64,000 bases of DNA, taken from assembly GCF_036636695.1 (NCBI RefSeq), contig NZ_JAVWNW010000008.1; one strand, given 5' to 3'. The stretch's first letter is position 1. Every line of letters starts with the position of its first letter. Position numbers and translations under genes: made by a program. The notes under the pieces are model-generated. The model did no database searches. It saw only the letters and a list, made by a program, of their open reading frames with translations, and had not been told where the DNA came from. Source of the DNA: Anaerorhabdus sp. GTDB taxonomy: Bacteria > Bacillota_I > Bacilli_A > Erysipelotrichales > Erysipelotrichaceae. Below, one piece after another: positions 19,437 through 29,738 of this stretch.

Positions 19437-21434
19437 GTGATAAATTTTAATCTTAGCTTGACATTTGAAAGTCTAAAAACGATTCTTCGCATGATACTGG
19501 ATATTTTTATCATGTGGATGTTGTTATATTATGCAATAAAAATTGTGAAAAACAACTCAAAGACAATACAAATCTTTAAGGGTATAGCCCTTATTTTAAT
19601 CGTGAACGGCTTAGCGAAATTTCTTGGGTTAGATACGGTTGTATGGTTATCTGACATGTTTCTTAACTGGGGATTCTTAGCAATTATCATTGTTTTCCAA
19701 CCAGAGGTACGTTCAATATTAGAAAAACTTGGTAAGAGTAATGTATTCTCAAGAATGTCGACATTATCAGGTAATGAAAAAGAGAAATTAGTTGATGAAT
19801 TAGTAACAGCAACGATGTTACTATCACGTGATCAAACTGGAGCTTTAATTAGCTTAGAACAAAGTCATTCATTAAGTGACTTTATTAAGACAGGTACTCA
19901 AATTAATTCTGTTGTTACAGCAGAACTTATAACATCAATTTTTGTAACGTCAACACCATTACATGATGGTGCAGTTATTATTCAAGGAGATCGCATTGCA
20001 TGTGCAAGTGCTTATTTCCCTCCAACAAATTTAGATTTACCATCTCGCTATGGTGCTCGTCATCGTGCAGCGATTGGTATTAGTGAAATTACGGATGCGA
20101 TTACAATTGTAGTATCTGAGGAAACAGGTGCCGTTTCTATTACTGAAGGTGGAAAAATTATAACAGTAAATCGTAAGCAATTACGTGATTATTTAATTCG
20201 TGTAATTTGTGGTGAGGTAACAGAAGTTAAAAATGTTGCACCTACGCATCAATTAATCATTGAAAAAGAAATTGTTCCAGAAGTAATAACCCCTTCAAAG
20301 CCTGCACAAGAATATATTGTTGAAGAAAAGAAAAAGGCACCAGAAGTTGAAGAGAAAAAAGATACTAAATTTGATACTGCTATCTTAAGTAAACTTGCCG
20401 TTAAACGCCAAGCTGAAGAAGAGGAAGCAAACGAAGAAAAAGAAATGGTTGAAGAAATAAATGAACCTGTACAACCAATAAAGAAAGAAAAGAAAAAATT
20501 TAGTTTATTTAAATCAAAGAAAAAAGAAGTAAAAGAAAAAGTAGCTGAAGTGGATCATGAAGAAGAAATGAATAGAGCTCTTGATGAAGAAGAAGCAAGC
20601 ATTAAACTTCCTCGTAAAAAAGACCGTCCAGTTCCTTCTTATCCAATTCATGAATTAGAAGAAAGCGAAATTACACCAGAACAATATCTGGTAGAAGTTC
20701 CTGATGAAATCGAAGAAGAAATACCTTCGTTTGAAGATGTGCAAGTAGTAATGGATGAACCAGTTAGAAAAGAAGTTGTTCGTCAAGAATTTGTTGATTC
20801 TTCAAATATTCGTCAAAGAGAAAAGGTACAACCTTCAAGAAATGAAGCTATAAGTACTGCTGATATTAAAGCGATTCAAAAAGAAGAAGTTAGAATACCT
20901 ACACAAGTACATCAAACTACACCGATGACAGGTCAAATAAAACCAACACAACCAATCTCTCAAACTGCAAGTGTAAGAGCGATGGGTGTTGAAAATACTG
21001 CACAACAAAAGAGTCAAGGTGTTTCAGGAGAAGCTTATCGTAAAGCTCGTTTAGAAGCAATTAAACAAGGGAAAACAATGTATAAGGAACAACAAAATAC
21101 AATGCAACATCCTGTATTTGATGAAAAACGTGAAGACATTGTTAAGAAACCTGAACGTACAGCATTTAAAGCTGATTTCAGTGATAAGAGTGAAACTGCA
21201 AATCTTAGTTTAACAGGGGGTATTAAGAAACCGGTTAAACATGATATGAGTTTTGATACAAGCCAATTTGCAAGAATTGATGAGGATTTCCAAAATATCG
21301 AAGACTTAATTCATGTCGATGATAGTTTAGAAGATCAATTTGCAATGTTGGATACAATGAGTATTAAAAAGCCAGCCGTAACAGAGATTCTTGATATCAA
21401 ACCGGCAAATAGAGCTGGAGGTGATCAACGATGA
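19437..21434 (+). CDS. cdaA: diadenylate cyclase CdaA with about 400-aa Glu/Lys-rich C-terminal extension
   Basis: Three N-terminal TM helices plus a DAC domain (PLHDGAVII, RHRAA, VVSEETG). GTG start 7 nt after GAGGAGG. Continuous ORF of 665 aa. Followed by cdaR and glmM. Confidence 0.85.
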   Translation: MINFNLSLTFESLKTILRMILDIFIMWMLLYYAIKIVKNNSKTIQIFKGIALILIVNGLAKFLGLDTVVWLSDMFLNWGFLAIIIVFQPEVRSILEKLGKSNVFSRMSTLSGNEKEKLVDELVTATMLLSRDQTGALISLEQSHSLSDFIKTGTQINSVVTAELITSIFVTSTPLHDGAVIIQGDRIACASAYFPPTNLDLPSRYGARHRAAIGISEITDAITIVVSEETGAVSITEGGKIITVNRKQLRDYLIRVICGEVTEVKNVAPTHQLIIEKEIVPEVITPSKPAQEYIVEEKKKAPEVEEKKDTKFDTAILSKLAVKRQAEEEEANEEKEMVEEINEPVQPIKKEKKKFSLFKSKKKEVKEKVAEVDHEEEMNRALDEEEASIKLPRKKDRPVPSYPIHELEESEITPEQYLVEVPDEIEEEIPSFEDVQVVMDEPVRKEVVRQEFVDSSNIRQREKVQPSRNEAISTADIKAIQKEEVRIPTQVHQTTPMTGQIKPTQPISQTASVRAMGVENTAQQKSQGVSGEAYRKARLEAIKQGKTMYKEQQNTMQHPVFDEKREDIVKKPERTAFKADFSDKSETANLSLTGGIKKPVKHDMSFDTSQFARIDEDFQNIEDLIHVDDSLEDQFAMLDTMSIKKPAVTEILDIKPANRAGGDQR

Positions 21435-22846
21435 CAAACATGGATAACAAAAAGAAACCACGTAAAGAAAGTAATCCAGATAGCAAGCTAGAACTTGCGA
21501 ATAAGATTGCTAAGCAAAGTAAAAAAGTTGCGAATACCTATGCTCATTTTGAAGATTCGCTGTTTAGAATTATCCGTAGTTTTAGTTCATGGATTGATAA
21601 TGTACTATTTAATCAACGGTTTAGCTTAATTGTTTCATTAGGTCTAGCTATTCTGTTATATATGACAGTGAACTTTAATTCACAAAATTCATTATTTGGT
21701 AGTCCGTTATTAAGTGCTAAAACACTTACTGATATACCTATTGTAGCTCGTTATAATACGGATACATTTGAAATCACAGGATTACCTACATCAGCTGATA
21801 TTACTATTACTGGTGAAGGGTCAAACGTTAATGCGGCAGCCAATCAAAAAGGAACATTAGTAGCAAACCTTGAAGGATTAACTGAAGGGCAACATACAGT
21901 TAAACTTACTCCTGAGGGTTACAGCGATAATGTTACGATTAAGGTTGATCCAAGTGATGTCACAGTTACGTTGAAAAAGAAAAGTACAGGGCAATTTGAT
22001 ATAGGCTATGATTTTATCAATCAAGATAAGATGAATAGTATTTATAGTTTAGGAACACCTGAATTTGAATATTCAAAAGTTAATGTACGAGCTTCTAAAG
22101 ATACATTAGATAGTATTGCATTTATTAAAGCGTTAATCGATGTTACAAATGTTGAAAGTGATTTCGAACAAGAAGCTACACTTGTTGCCTATGATAAAAA
22201 AGGTATTCCAGTGAATGCGGATATTGTTCCAAATACTGTAAAAGTTAAGGTGCCAGTAACATCACCAAATAAAACAGTGCCTATTCGTGTTGAAACTTCA
22301 GGTGAAGTTCCAAATGGTATGGCAATTGAAACAATTACGATGGATCATGAATCTGTGACAATATATGCTTCAGAATCAGTATTAAGTAAGATTAATGAAG
22401 TAGGTGTTACTTTAGATGCATCAACACTTACAAAAGATTCAACTGTACTTCGACCAATTACGCTTCCTACGGGAGTAAAATCATCAAGTATAAGTCAAAT
22501 CAGTATGGATGTAAAACTTGGCCCTGGAGTATCAAGAATATTAGAGAATGTACCTGTATTCTATAAAAATAATGTAGGTAAATATAAATTCTCAATTTTA
22601 AATAATCAATCAACAGTTAATGTAGAATTATTTGGTACTCAAGCTAATGTTGATGCGATAAATCCAGAAGATGTTGTTGTGTATTTTGATATGACAAATG
22701 CTGTTCCTGGTAACCAAGAATTCAAGTTATCGGTAGAACAACCGGTTGGATCACTTGTTCGTTACTCAGTAACACAACCAACAATTCAAGTAACAGTTTC
22801 TGGAGAAGTAGATAATACAGTGGATGAAAGTGTAGGAACTAACTAA
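21431..22846 (+). CDS. cdaR: CdaA regulatory protein CdaR (YbbR-domain protein)
   Basis: Single N-terminal TM followed by repeated YbbR-like beta domains. ATGA overlap with cdaA. Conserved operon position. Confidence 0.8.
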   Translation: MTNMDNKKKPRKESNPDSKLELANKIAKQSKKVANTYAHFEDSLFRIIRSFSSWIDNVLFNQRFSLIVSLGLAILLYMTVNFNSQNSLFGSPLLSAKTLTDIPIVARYNTDTFEITGLPTSADITITGEGSNVNAAANQKGTLVANLEGLTEGQHTVKLTPEGYSDNVTIKVDPSDVTVTLKKKSTGQFDIGYDFINQDKMNSIYSLGTPEFEYSKVNVRASKDTLDSIAFIKALIDVTNVESDFEQEATLVAYDKKGIPVNADIVPNTVKVKVPVTSPNKTVPIRVETSGEVPNGMAIETITMDHESVTIYASESVLSKINEVGVTLDASTLTKDSTVLRPITLPTGVKSSSISQISMDVKLGPGVSRILENVPVFYKNNVGKYKFSILNNQSTVNVELFGTQANVDAINPEDVVVYFDMTNAVPGNQEFKLSVEQPVGSLVRYSVTQPTIQVTVSGEVDNTVDESVGTN

Positions 22847-24180
22847 TGGGAAAATATTTTGGTACAGATGGTATTCGTGGAAAAGCGAATGAGAATTTAG
22901 ATGTAGAAAGAGCATTTAAAGTTGGACGTTATTTAGCGTATTACTATAAACAAAAAGGCAAAGGTAAGATACTAATTGGTAAAGATACACGTTTATCAAG
23001 TAGTATGTTTGAAATGGCTTTGGCTGCTGGTGCAACTGCAAATGGTGCAGATGTATTCTTGCTTGGCTATTGTCCAACACCTGCTATTGCGTATTTAGTA
23101 ATGAACAATGACTTCGATTGTGGTGTTATGATATCTGCAAGTCATAATCCTTATTATGATAATGGAATCAAAGTATTTAACCATGATGGTATAAAACTAG
23201 ATAGTAATATTGAAGGATTAATTGAAGACTATATCGATGGTAAAGTTGATATTGATTATTGCATTAATGATCAAATAGGACATGTAGTAAACTATGCAAA
23301 TGGCTTAGAAGTTTATTTGACATGGTTACAAAAAGAGTATCCTTTGAATCTTAAGGGTGTTCGACTTGCGATTGATTGTGCAAATGGTAGTGCAAGTACT
23401 ACTGCTGTTCAATTATTAACACGCTTAGGTGCTTCTATTGATGTAATTCACAATGATCCAAGTGGAATTAACATTAATACTAAATGTGGTTCAACACATC
23501 CTGAAGAGCTACAAGAAATGGTGAAAAATGGAAATTACGATTTAGGTCTTGCATTTGATGGCGATGCAGATCGCTTGATTGCAGTTAACCATGAAGGTGA
23601 ACTTGTGACAGGGGATCATGTAATCTATGTATGTGCAAAATACCTAAAAGCTTTAGGTGAATTAAATAAGAATACAGCAGTTACAACAGTAATGGCTAAT
23701 CTTGGATTATTCAAAGCATTAGAAGCTGCAGGAATTCAAACATCAATTACTGCAGTTGGTGATAAATACGTTTACGAAGACATGGTTAAAAACGACTATG
23801 TAATTGGTGGTGAACAATCAGGGCATATCATCTTCAAACGTCATTTGACAACAGGAGATGGGCTACAAACAGCCTTGAACTTACTAAAAATTATGGTTGA
23901 CACAAAGAAATCAATCGTTGACTTATGTGATGGATTGAGAATTTATCCACAATTACTTGTAAATGTACCAGTAAAAGACAAAGAAGCCGCAATGAAAGAC
24001 GAAGATGTCTTGAAGGAAGTCGATATTGTTTCTAAGCGATTAGATGGCAATGGTCGTATTCTTGTTCGTACATCTGGAACAGAACCACTTGTACGCGTTA
24101 TGGTAGAAGCAGAGAATGATGAAATTTGTCATGAATGTGTTTATCAAGTCGTAAAAGTGCTAGAAAATAAATTTAAGTAG
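22846..24180 (+). CDS. glmM: phosphoglucosamine mutase
   Basis: MGKYFGTDGIRG N-terminus, active-site SASHNP, metal loop FDGDADR. Confidence 0.95.
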   Translation: MGKYFGTDGIRGKANENLDVERAFKVGRYLAYYYKQKGKGKILIGKDTRLSSSMFEMALAAGATANGADVFLLGYCPTPAIAYLVMNNDFDCGVMISASHNPYYDNGIKVFNHDGIKLDSNIEGLIEDYIDGKVDIDYCINDQIGHVVNYANGLEVYLTWLQKEYPLNLKGVRLAIDCANGSASTTAVQLLTRLGASIDVIHNDPSGININTKCGSTHPEELQEMVKNGNYDLGLAFDGDADRLIAVNHEGELVTGDHVIYVCAKYLKALGELNKNTAVTTVMANLGLFKALEAAGIQTSITAVGDKYVYEDMVKNDYVIGGEQSGHIIFKRHLTTGDGLQTALNLLKIMVDTKKSIVDLCDGLRIYPQLLVNVPVKDKEAAMKDEDVLKEVDIVSKRLDGNGRILVRTSGTEPLVRVMVEAENDEICHECVYQVVKVLENKFK

Positions 24181-24182
24181 TG

Positions 24183-24208
24183 AACTCATGGCAACATGAG
24201 TTTTTCTT
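24183..24208 (+). terminator. intrinsic terminator after glmM
   Basis: aactcatg-gcaa-catgagtt followed by TTTTCTT. Confidence 0.7.
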
Positions 24209-24245
24209 ATGTATAATAAAGGTATCAATGAAAGCGGGGAATATT

Positions 24246-24911
24246 ATGTCTACTCGTAAAGTAATTAGCATTGTAGAAGATGAAAAAGATTTAAACGAAT
24301 TGGTAAAACGATATTTAGAAAAAGAAGGATATGAAGTACGCTCATATTTAACATTTGATGATGCTTATGAACATACTACAGATGACGATGTTCATTTATG
24401 GATACTTGATATCATGTTGGATGATAAAAGTGGATTTGACCTAATAGAAGAAATCCGCATGCATTCACCCAATGTACCAGTAATCTTTATGTCAGCACGA
24501 GATAAAGAATTCGATCGTATTATTGGTCTTGAAAAAGGAAGTGATGACTATATCACAAAGCCTTTCTCACCTAAGGAATTAGTCCTTCGTGTCAATAACT
24601 TGATTAAGCGTACATATCGTAATGATAACTCACGTATTCAAATTGATGGATACGAAATCGATGAGTCACAACGTACGGTTTACGAAGGTGGAAAAGAACT
24701 AGAACTTACTACGAAGGAATTTGATTTATTGATGCTTTTTGTAAAGAATAAAGGAACAGCCTTTTTACGTGAACAAATTCTTGAAAAAGTATGGGATGTG
24801 AACTATTTTGGTTCAGACCGTGTTGTCGATGATACATTACGTCGACTTAGAAAGAAAATGCCAAATCTAAGTATTCATACAATTTATGGATTTGGATATC
24901 GATTGGGATAA
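24246..24911 (+). CDS. OmpR-family response regulator
   Basis: Receiver domain (ILDIMLDD phospho-acceptor region) plus a winged-helix output domain (YGFGYRL). ATG at 24246 lies downstream of the glmM terminator. Confidence 0.9.
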   Translation: MSTRKVISIVEDEKDLNELVKRYLEKEGYEVRSYLTFDDAYEHTTDDDVHLWILDIMLDDKSGFDLIEEIRMHSPNVPVIFMSARDKEFDRIIGLEKGSDDYITKPFSPKELVLRVNNLIKRTYRNDNSRIQIDGYEIDESQRTVYEGGKELELTTKEFDLLMLFVKNKGTAFLREQILEKVWDVNYFGSDRVVDDTLRRLRKKMPNLSIHTIYGFGYRLG

Positions 24912-26294
24912 ATGAAACGTTTTAGAATATGGATGAAAGAATTATCACTGTCACAACAACTGCTTACAATAATTTTTATTGTTGTGGCGGTCTTTTCAGT
25001 ATTCTTCTTTGTATTCTTAGCTGATTCAGTAGATACATTTGTTCAAAATGAAATGTATAAGATGCTACATCGTTCACAAGAAAGTGTAGTTTTCTATGCT
25101 GAAAATGATATTCCTTTGGAAAATATTAATGAAACTTCAGACAGTAATATTATTCATATCTATTACAATGAAAGTAAAAGTACCTTTAAGGTATTAGGAC
25201 AACAAAAAGTATCAACTGGAGTCATTAATGATATTTTAAATAATATTCCACTTGTAAATGAAGGATATAAAGACTTTGTTTTTGATTCAGCAAATAAAAA
25301 GACAATGTATTCTATTTATCGAATGAGTCAAGATAACTATTTGATTTCACTAGTAACTGATTCATATCGTTCAGAATTTAGAACAGCACTAGTAAATAGT
25401 GTTATTAATCTCAATGTGTTGGTTGTAGGTATTTTATTTATTATCTTAATGTTGTGGGTTGGATCACTAATTTATCCGTTGAATCAAATAAGAATTTACA
25501 TGGAAAAAATAAGGCGTAATGAGAAAGCAGAACTGAAAATTGATCGAAGAGATGAGATAGGTGAAGTAGCTGATGCCTTAACGATGATGGAAGCGGAATT
25601 AGATAATCAGAAGAAAATTCGTGAAGAAATGATTCAAAATATATCGCATGATTTGAAGACACCGATTGCGACAATTAAATCATATGGTGAAAGTATTAAA
25701 GATGGAATTTATCCGTATGATTCTCTTGAGAAAAGTGTTGATGTAATTATTGAACATGCTAATCGCTTAGAAAAGAAAGTTTATAGTTTGATCATGTATA
25801 ACAAGATGGGATATTTACTAGATAATGATGAAGAATCAAGTACGGATATGAAATCAATAATTGAAAAAGTAATTATGTCACTGAAAGTTATGCGACCAGA
25901 AATAGTAATAGAAACAAAACTTGAAGAAATACAGTTTCATGGAGAAGAAGAACCATGGCGTATTGTAGTAGAAAATATTTTAGATAATGCAATTCGTTAT
26001 GCACGTTCTAAAATTGTCATTACATTAGATGAACAGGAACTTATGATTTCAAATGATGGAAATCAAATGTCAAGAGATCGTCTTGAAAAACTATTTAGGC
26101 CTTATGAAAAAGGAACTGATGGCAAATTTGGATTAGGTTTATCGATTGTTTACCGTGTTTGTACGACGTATAACTATCGTGTAGAGGCTGAGAATCTAAC
26201 AGATGGTGTATGCTTTAGAATTTCAAATAACAAAAAAGATAAAAAGAAAAAAATAAAGGACGATAAGTCTAAAGAAGAAAAGAAAGAAGAGTAA
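24912..26294 (+). CDS. sensor histidine kinase
   Basis: Two TM helices, a HAMP-like linker, H-box SHDLKTPIATIKSY, ATPase motifs NAIRYA and GLGLSIV. Lys-rich C-terminal tail. Confidence 0.85.
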   Translation: MKRFRIWMKELSLSQQLLTIIFIVVAVFSVFFFVFLADSVDTFVQNEMYKMLHRSQESVVFYAENDIPLENINETSDSNIIHIYYNESKSTFKVLGQQKVSTGVINDILNNIPLVNEGYKDFVFDSANKKTMYSIYRMSQDNYLISLVTDSYRSEFRTALVNSVINLNVLVVGILFIILMLWVGSLIYPLNQIRIYMEKIRRNEKAELKIDRRDEIGEVADALTMMEAELDNQKKIREEMIQNISHDLKTPIATIKSYGESIKDGIYPYDSLEKSVDVIIEHANRLEKKVYSLIMYNKMGYLLDNDEESSTDMKSIIEKVIMSLKVMRPEIVIETKLEEIQFHGEEEPWRIVVENILDNAIRYARSKIVITLDEQELMISNDGNQMSRDRLEKLFRPYEKGTDGKFGLGLSIVYRVCTTYNYRVEAENLTDGVCFRISNNKKDKKKKIKDDKSKEEKKEE

Positions 26295-26303
26295 AAAAGT
26301 TAG

Positions 26304-26336
26304 AAAGTCAAAATAAAAAATATTTTGACTTTTTAT
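26304..26336 (+). terminator. intrinsic terminator after the histidine kinase gene
   Basis: agtcaaaata-aaaaa-tattttgact followed by TTTTT. Confidence 0.7.
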
Positions 26337-26407
26337 ATAAAAGATATAAAGAATGACTCTAGTCTTTCTTTATTGTGTTACAATATTAATAATAAAAGGT
26401 AATAAAC

Positions 26408-28510
26408 ATGAAAATAAAAAGAATGAAGAAAAACTTATTGTTTCTTTTAACGTGCCTTATTTTTATTTCGCTTTGTACACCACTACAAGCTAATGAATTA
26501 GAGAAACAACAACCAGAAAGAAAAGTAATCACGGTTGCAATTCTTAGAGAAGAAGGCATTAATAATGAAAATCTAAAGGATGAATATATTAATGGATATA
26601 CGCACGAATATTTGAAAAAAATAGAGCAATTTTCACCTGTCAAATTTGAGTGTATTTTTTATAATCCCGTTGATGAGGAAATATTAGATGTCTTAAATCA
26701 AGTAAAAGAAGGAAAAATTGATTTGCTTGGTGGTATACTTAAGAACAGTGGATTTGATCAAGGCTATTTGTTTAGTGACTTACCTTATGGCTATGTGAGT
26801 ACATCACTATTAGCTAAGGTTGATAACATGGATATTAATGAGCGTATTCTATTAGAAGACGATACTATAAAAATAGGAGTTATAAGCAAGTCAGAAACAC
26901 AAAAAGAATATATAAATAACTATATTACTGAAAATAAAATTAATCCAATTATCATTGAATTCGATTCTAATGAAGATATAACGCAAGCATTAATGAACAA
27001 CGAAATTGATTTAATGATTGGAAGAGATACAACAAAATCAGAAGATGTAAGGGTAATTGTCAATCTTGTTGAAACTCCTTATTATTTTGTAACAGCAGAG
27101 AATAATGAAGAAGTGATGAATATTATTAATGATTCAATGAGAGAATTAAAGATAATAAATCCAGAATTTATTGATGATTTATATGAAAAATATTATTCAA
27201 CACCATACTTATCAACCTCATTAACAAACGAAGAAAAACAATTTATTAATGAATTAGATATTTTGAAAGTTGGAGTTATACCAAATGATTATCCATTACA
27301 ATATTTTGATTATTCTACAAAAGAATTTGAAGGAATACTCATTGATTTAATGAATTTAATCAGTGAAAATACTGGCTTAAAGATTGAATATGTAATGTTA
27401 GATAATATAAATGATATTAAAGGTGATTTTGAGAGTGGTTTAATAGATATGTTATTGGGGATTCCAGCTGACTACTCGCGAGCAAATAGAAATGAATATT
27501 TATTAACGTCCGCAATTGTTAATCTACCGGTAGTTAGAATATCAAATGCCTATGCATCTAGAGGTAGTGAAATTGCGATGTCTGGATACTTGAATTTAAA
27601 TAAAAATTTTACGGTTAACTATGATGTTGAAGATTTATTTAAAAAAATAGCTGAAGGAAAATATAAAGAGGCATATATTGATGGATACCGAGCACAGTAT
27701 TTTTCTTTGTATTATCCAAGTGTTAATGTCATCCCATCTGTTTATGAAAATTACGAACTTGCGATAGGGCTTTATAATAAACATGATTATCGAATTATGA
27801 GTATTCTTGAACAGGGGATTCGTGGTATCAGCCAGCATAAAATAGATGATATTATCTATGACAGTATTAATGTAAATAATAAATATTCACTAATGGATTA
27901 TTTTAGACAAAATCCATTTCAATCTATCAGCATAGTTGTTGTTATATCATCGATGCTGGTGGGTATCTTATTACTATTCTTGTACAAGTCAAATCAAATG
28001 AAAAAGGAATTAGAAAAAGAGCGAAAGAAATATGAATATTTAGCTCAATTTGATCAATTGACCCAAGTCTATAATCAACAGACTTTTAAAAATAAAGTTC
28101 AATCGCATATCGAAAAGAAGTCCAGTGGTTCAATTATTTCAATGGATTTAGACAACTTTAAAAATATAAATGACTCACAAGGACATTTTGAAGGAGATCG
28201 ATTGCTTGAAGAGTTTGGTAAATTACTAAAAGAAACTTTTGGAGAATATATTTCTGGTCGTCTTGGTGGTGATGAGTTCATGGTTTATCTTGATGCAGTT
28301 CATGATGAAAACTACTTACGACAATTATGTGGAGAATTTTTATTGAATTTAGATAAGATTGAAAAAGAATATGAATTAACAATTAGCATTGGTATTCTTA
28401 TATTTAATAAATCAATGGATTTTGATGATTTATACTATCATGTTGATAAAATACTCTACAGCGTAAAAGATAGTGGTAGAAATAACATAAAGATAGAAGT
28501 TATCAATTAA
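26408..28510 (+). CDS. membrane diguanylate cyclase with two extracytoplasmic solute-binding (SBP3-like) domains
   Basis: Signal/anchor sequence, two periplasmic-binding-protein-like repeats, one TM (ISIVVVISSMLVGILLLFLY). Cytoplasmic GGDEF domain has an intact RLGGDEF motif and DLDNFKNINDSQGH. Confidence 0.8.
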   Translation: MKIKRMKKNLLFLLTCLIFISLCTPLQANELEKQQPERKVITVAILREEGINNENLKDEYINGYTHEYLKKIEQFSPVKFECIFYNPVDEEILDVLNQVKEGKIDLLGGILKNSGFDQGYLFSDLPYGYVSTSLLAKVDNMDINERILLEDDTIKIGVISKSETQKEYINNYITENKINPIIIEFDSNEDITQALMNNEIDLMIGRDTTKSEDVRVIVNLVETPYYFVTAENNEEVMNIINDSMRELKIINPEFIDDLYEKYYSTPYLSTSLTNEEKQFINELDILKVGVIPNDYPLQYFDYSTKEFEGILIDLMNLISENTGLKIEYVMLDNINDIKGDFESGLIDMLLGIPADYSRANRNEYLLTSAIVNLPVVRISNAYASRGSEIAMSGYLNLNKNFTVNYDVEDLFKKIAEGKYKEAYIDGYRAQYFSLYYPSVNVIPSVYENYELAIGLYNKHDYRIMSILEQGIRGISQHKIDDIIYDSINVNNKYSLMDYFRQNPFQSISIVVVISSMLVGILLLFLYKSNQMKKELEKERKKYEYLAQFDQLTQVYNQQTFKNKVQSHIEKKSSGSIISMDLDNFKNINDSQGHFEGDRLLEEFGKLLKETFGEYISGRLGGDEFMVYLDAVHDENYLRQLCGEFLLNLDKIEKEYELTISIGILIFNKSMDFDDLYYHVDKILYSVKDSGRNNIKIEVIN

Positions 28511-28525
28511 ACATTAGTGCATAAA

Positions 28526-28557
28526 AAAGCCTCTATTACAGTCGTAGTAGAGGCTTT
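28526..28557. terminator. bidirectional terminator between convergent genes
   Basis: aaagcctcta...tagaggcttt hairpin. A-tract upstream and T-tract on the minus-strand reading. Confidence 0.65.
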
Positions 28558-28561
28558 CAAA

Positions 28562-28795
28562 TTATCGATGTTGATTCTTTAGTTCTTCATCAGTGTATAT
28601 TTGACGATAATGCGATTTTCTATATTTATAGTAGAAATAACATACTGTAAGTATAGGAATAATTATTAAGATAATCGTGATTATTGTCGTATTGTTAAAT
28701 GATGAATAGAAGAATAACAATATCATTTCGGATAAAGCTGCAATGAATAGACCTAAACCCTCTAAGATATCACGAATGACTCTCTTATCTTTCAT
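28562..28795 (-). CDS. small membrane protein, 77 aa
   Basis: Two hydrophobic helices. RBS AGGAGGAATC precedes the ATG on the minus strand. Confidence 0.5.
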   Translation of the reverse strand: MKDKRVIRDILEGLGLFIAALSEMILLFFYSSFNNTTIITIILIIIPILTVCYFYYKYRKSHYRQIYTDEELKNQHR

Positions 28796-28822
28796 CTAAG
28801 ATTCCTCCTAAAGCGATTTTGC

Positions 28823-29725
28823 TTATTTTTTTGGATCTTTTAATACTTCGCTAATACCTGCAAGTGTTCCGGCAATATCTTGAAGATTAGAAGGTACAAT
28901 GATTTTTGTAGATTGACCATTCGCAAGTTGTTGAAGAGCTTCATAACCTTTTAATGTTAAGAAACCTTTGCTTGGATCAGAACTGTTAATCATATCAATA
29001 CCTCTAGCTTGTGCTTGGAATACTCTTTCCATTGCTTGAGCTTGACCTTCTGCTTCCGCAATCATTGATTCTTTCTTTGCATTAGCTCGAAGAATCATAG
29101 ATTCTTTTTCACCTTCAGCAGTTAAGATTGCAGCTCTTTTTTCACCTTCAGCACGTAGAATTGATTCACGACGTTCACGTTCTGCACGCATTTGTTTTTC
29201 CATTGAATCTTGGATGTCACGAGGTGGAATAATATTCTTTACTTCAACACGTGCTACTTTTACACCCCATGGGTCTGTTGCTTCATCAAGAATTGCACGC
29301 ATTTTTGTATTGATAATATCACGTGAAGTTAATGTTTCATCTAATTCAAGATCACCAATAATATTACGTAATGTTGTAGCTGTTAAGTTTTCAATTGCAC
29401 TTAATGGACGTTCAACACCATAAGTATATAGTTTAGGATCTGTAATTTGGAAATAAACAACAGTATCAATTTGCATAGTAACGTTATCTTTAGTAATTAC
29501 TGGTTGTGGTTCAAAATCTTTAACAATTTCTTTCATAGAAACTTTGTTAGATATACGATCGAAGAAAGGAATTAAGATATGAACACCTGTTCTCCAAGTT
29601 TGATGATAAGCACCTAAACGTTCAATAACATATGATTTAGCTTGTGGAACAATGCGGATGCAATAAACAAAAATTGCTCCAGCAAGAATTAGTAAAACTA
29701 TGAATAATAAAATTTGTAATGGCAT
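28823..29725 (-). CDS. SPFH/band-7 (stomatin/prohibitin-like) membrane protein
   Basis: N-terminal TM, SPFH core, and the typical Ala/Glu-rich coiled-coil tail (RAEGEKRAAILTAEGEKES). Confidence 0.9.
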   Translation of the reverse strand: MPLQILLFIVLLILAGAIFVYCIRIVPQAKSYVIERLGAYHQTWRTGVHILIPFFDRISNKVSMKEIVKDFEPQPVITKDNVTMQIDTVVYFQITDPKLYTYGVERPLSAIENLTATTLRNIIGDLELDETLTSRDIINTKMRAILDEATDPWGVKVARVEVKNIIPPRDIQDSMEKQMRAERERRESILRAEGEKRAAILTAEGEKESMILRANAKKESMIAEAEGQAQAMERVFQAQARGIDMINSSDPSKGFLTLKGYEALQQLANGQSTKIIVPSNLQDIAGTLAGISEVLKDPKK

Positions 29726-29738
29726 ATAAAATACCTCC

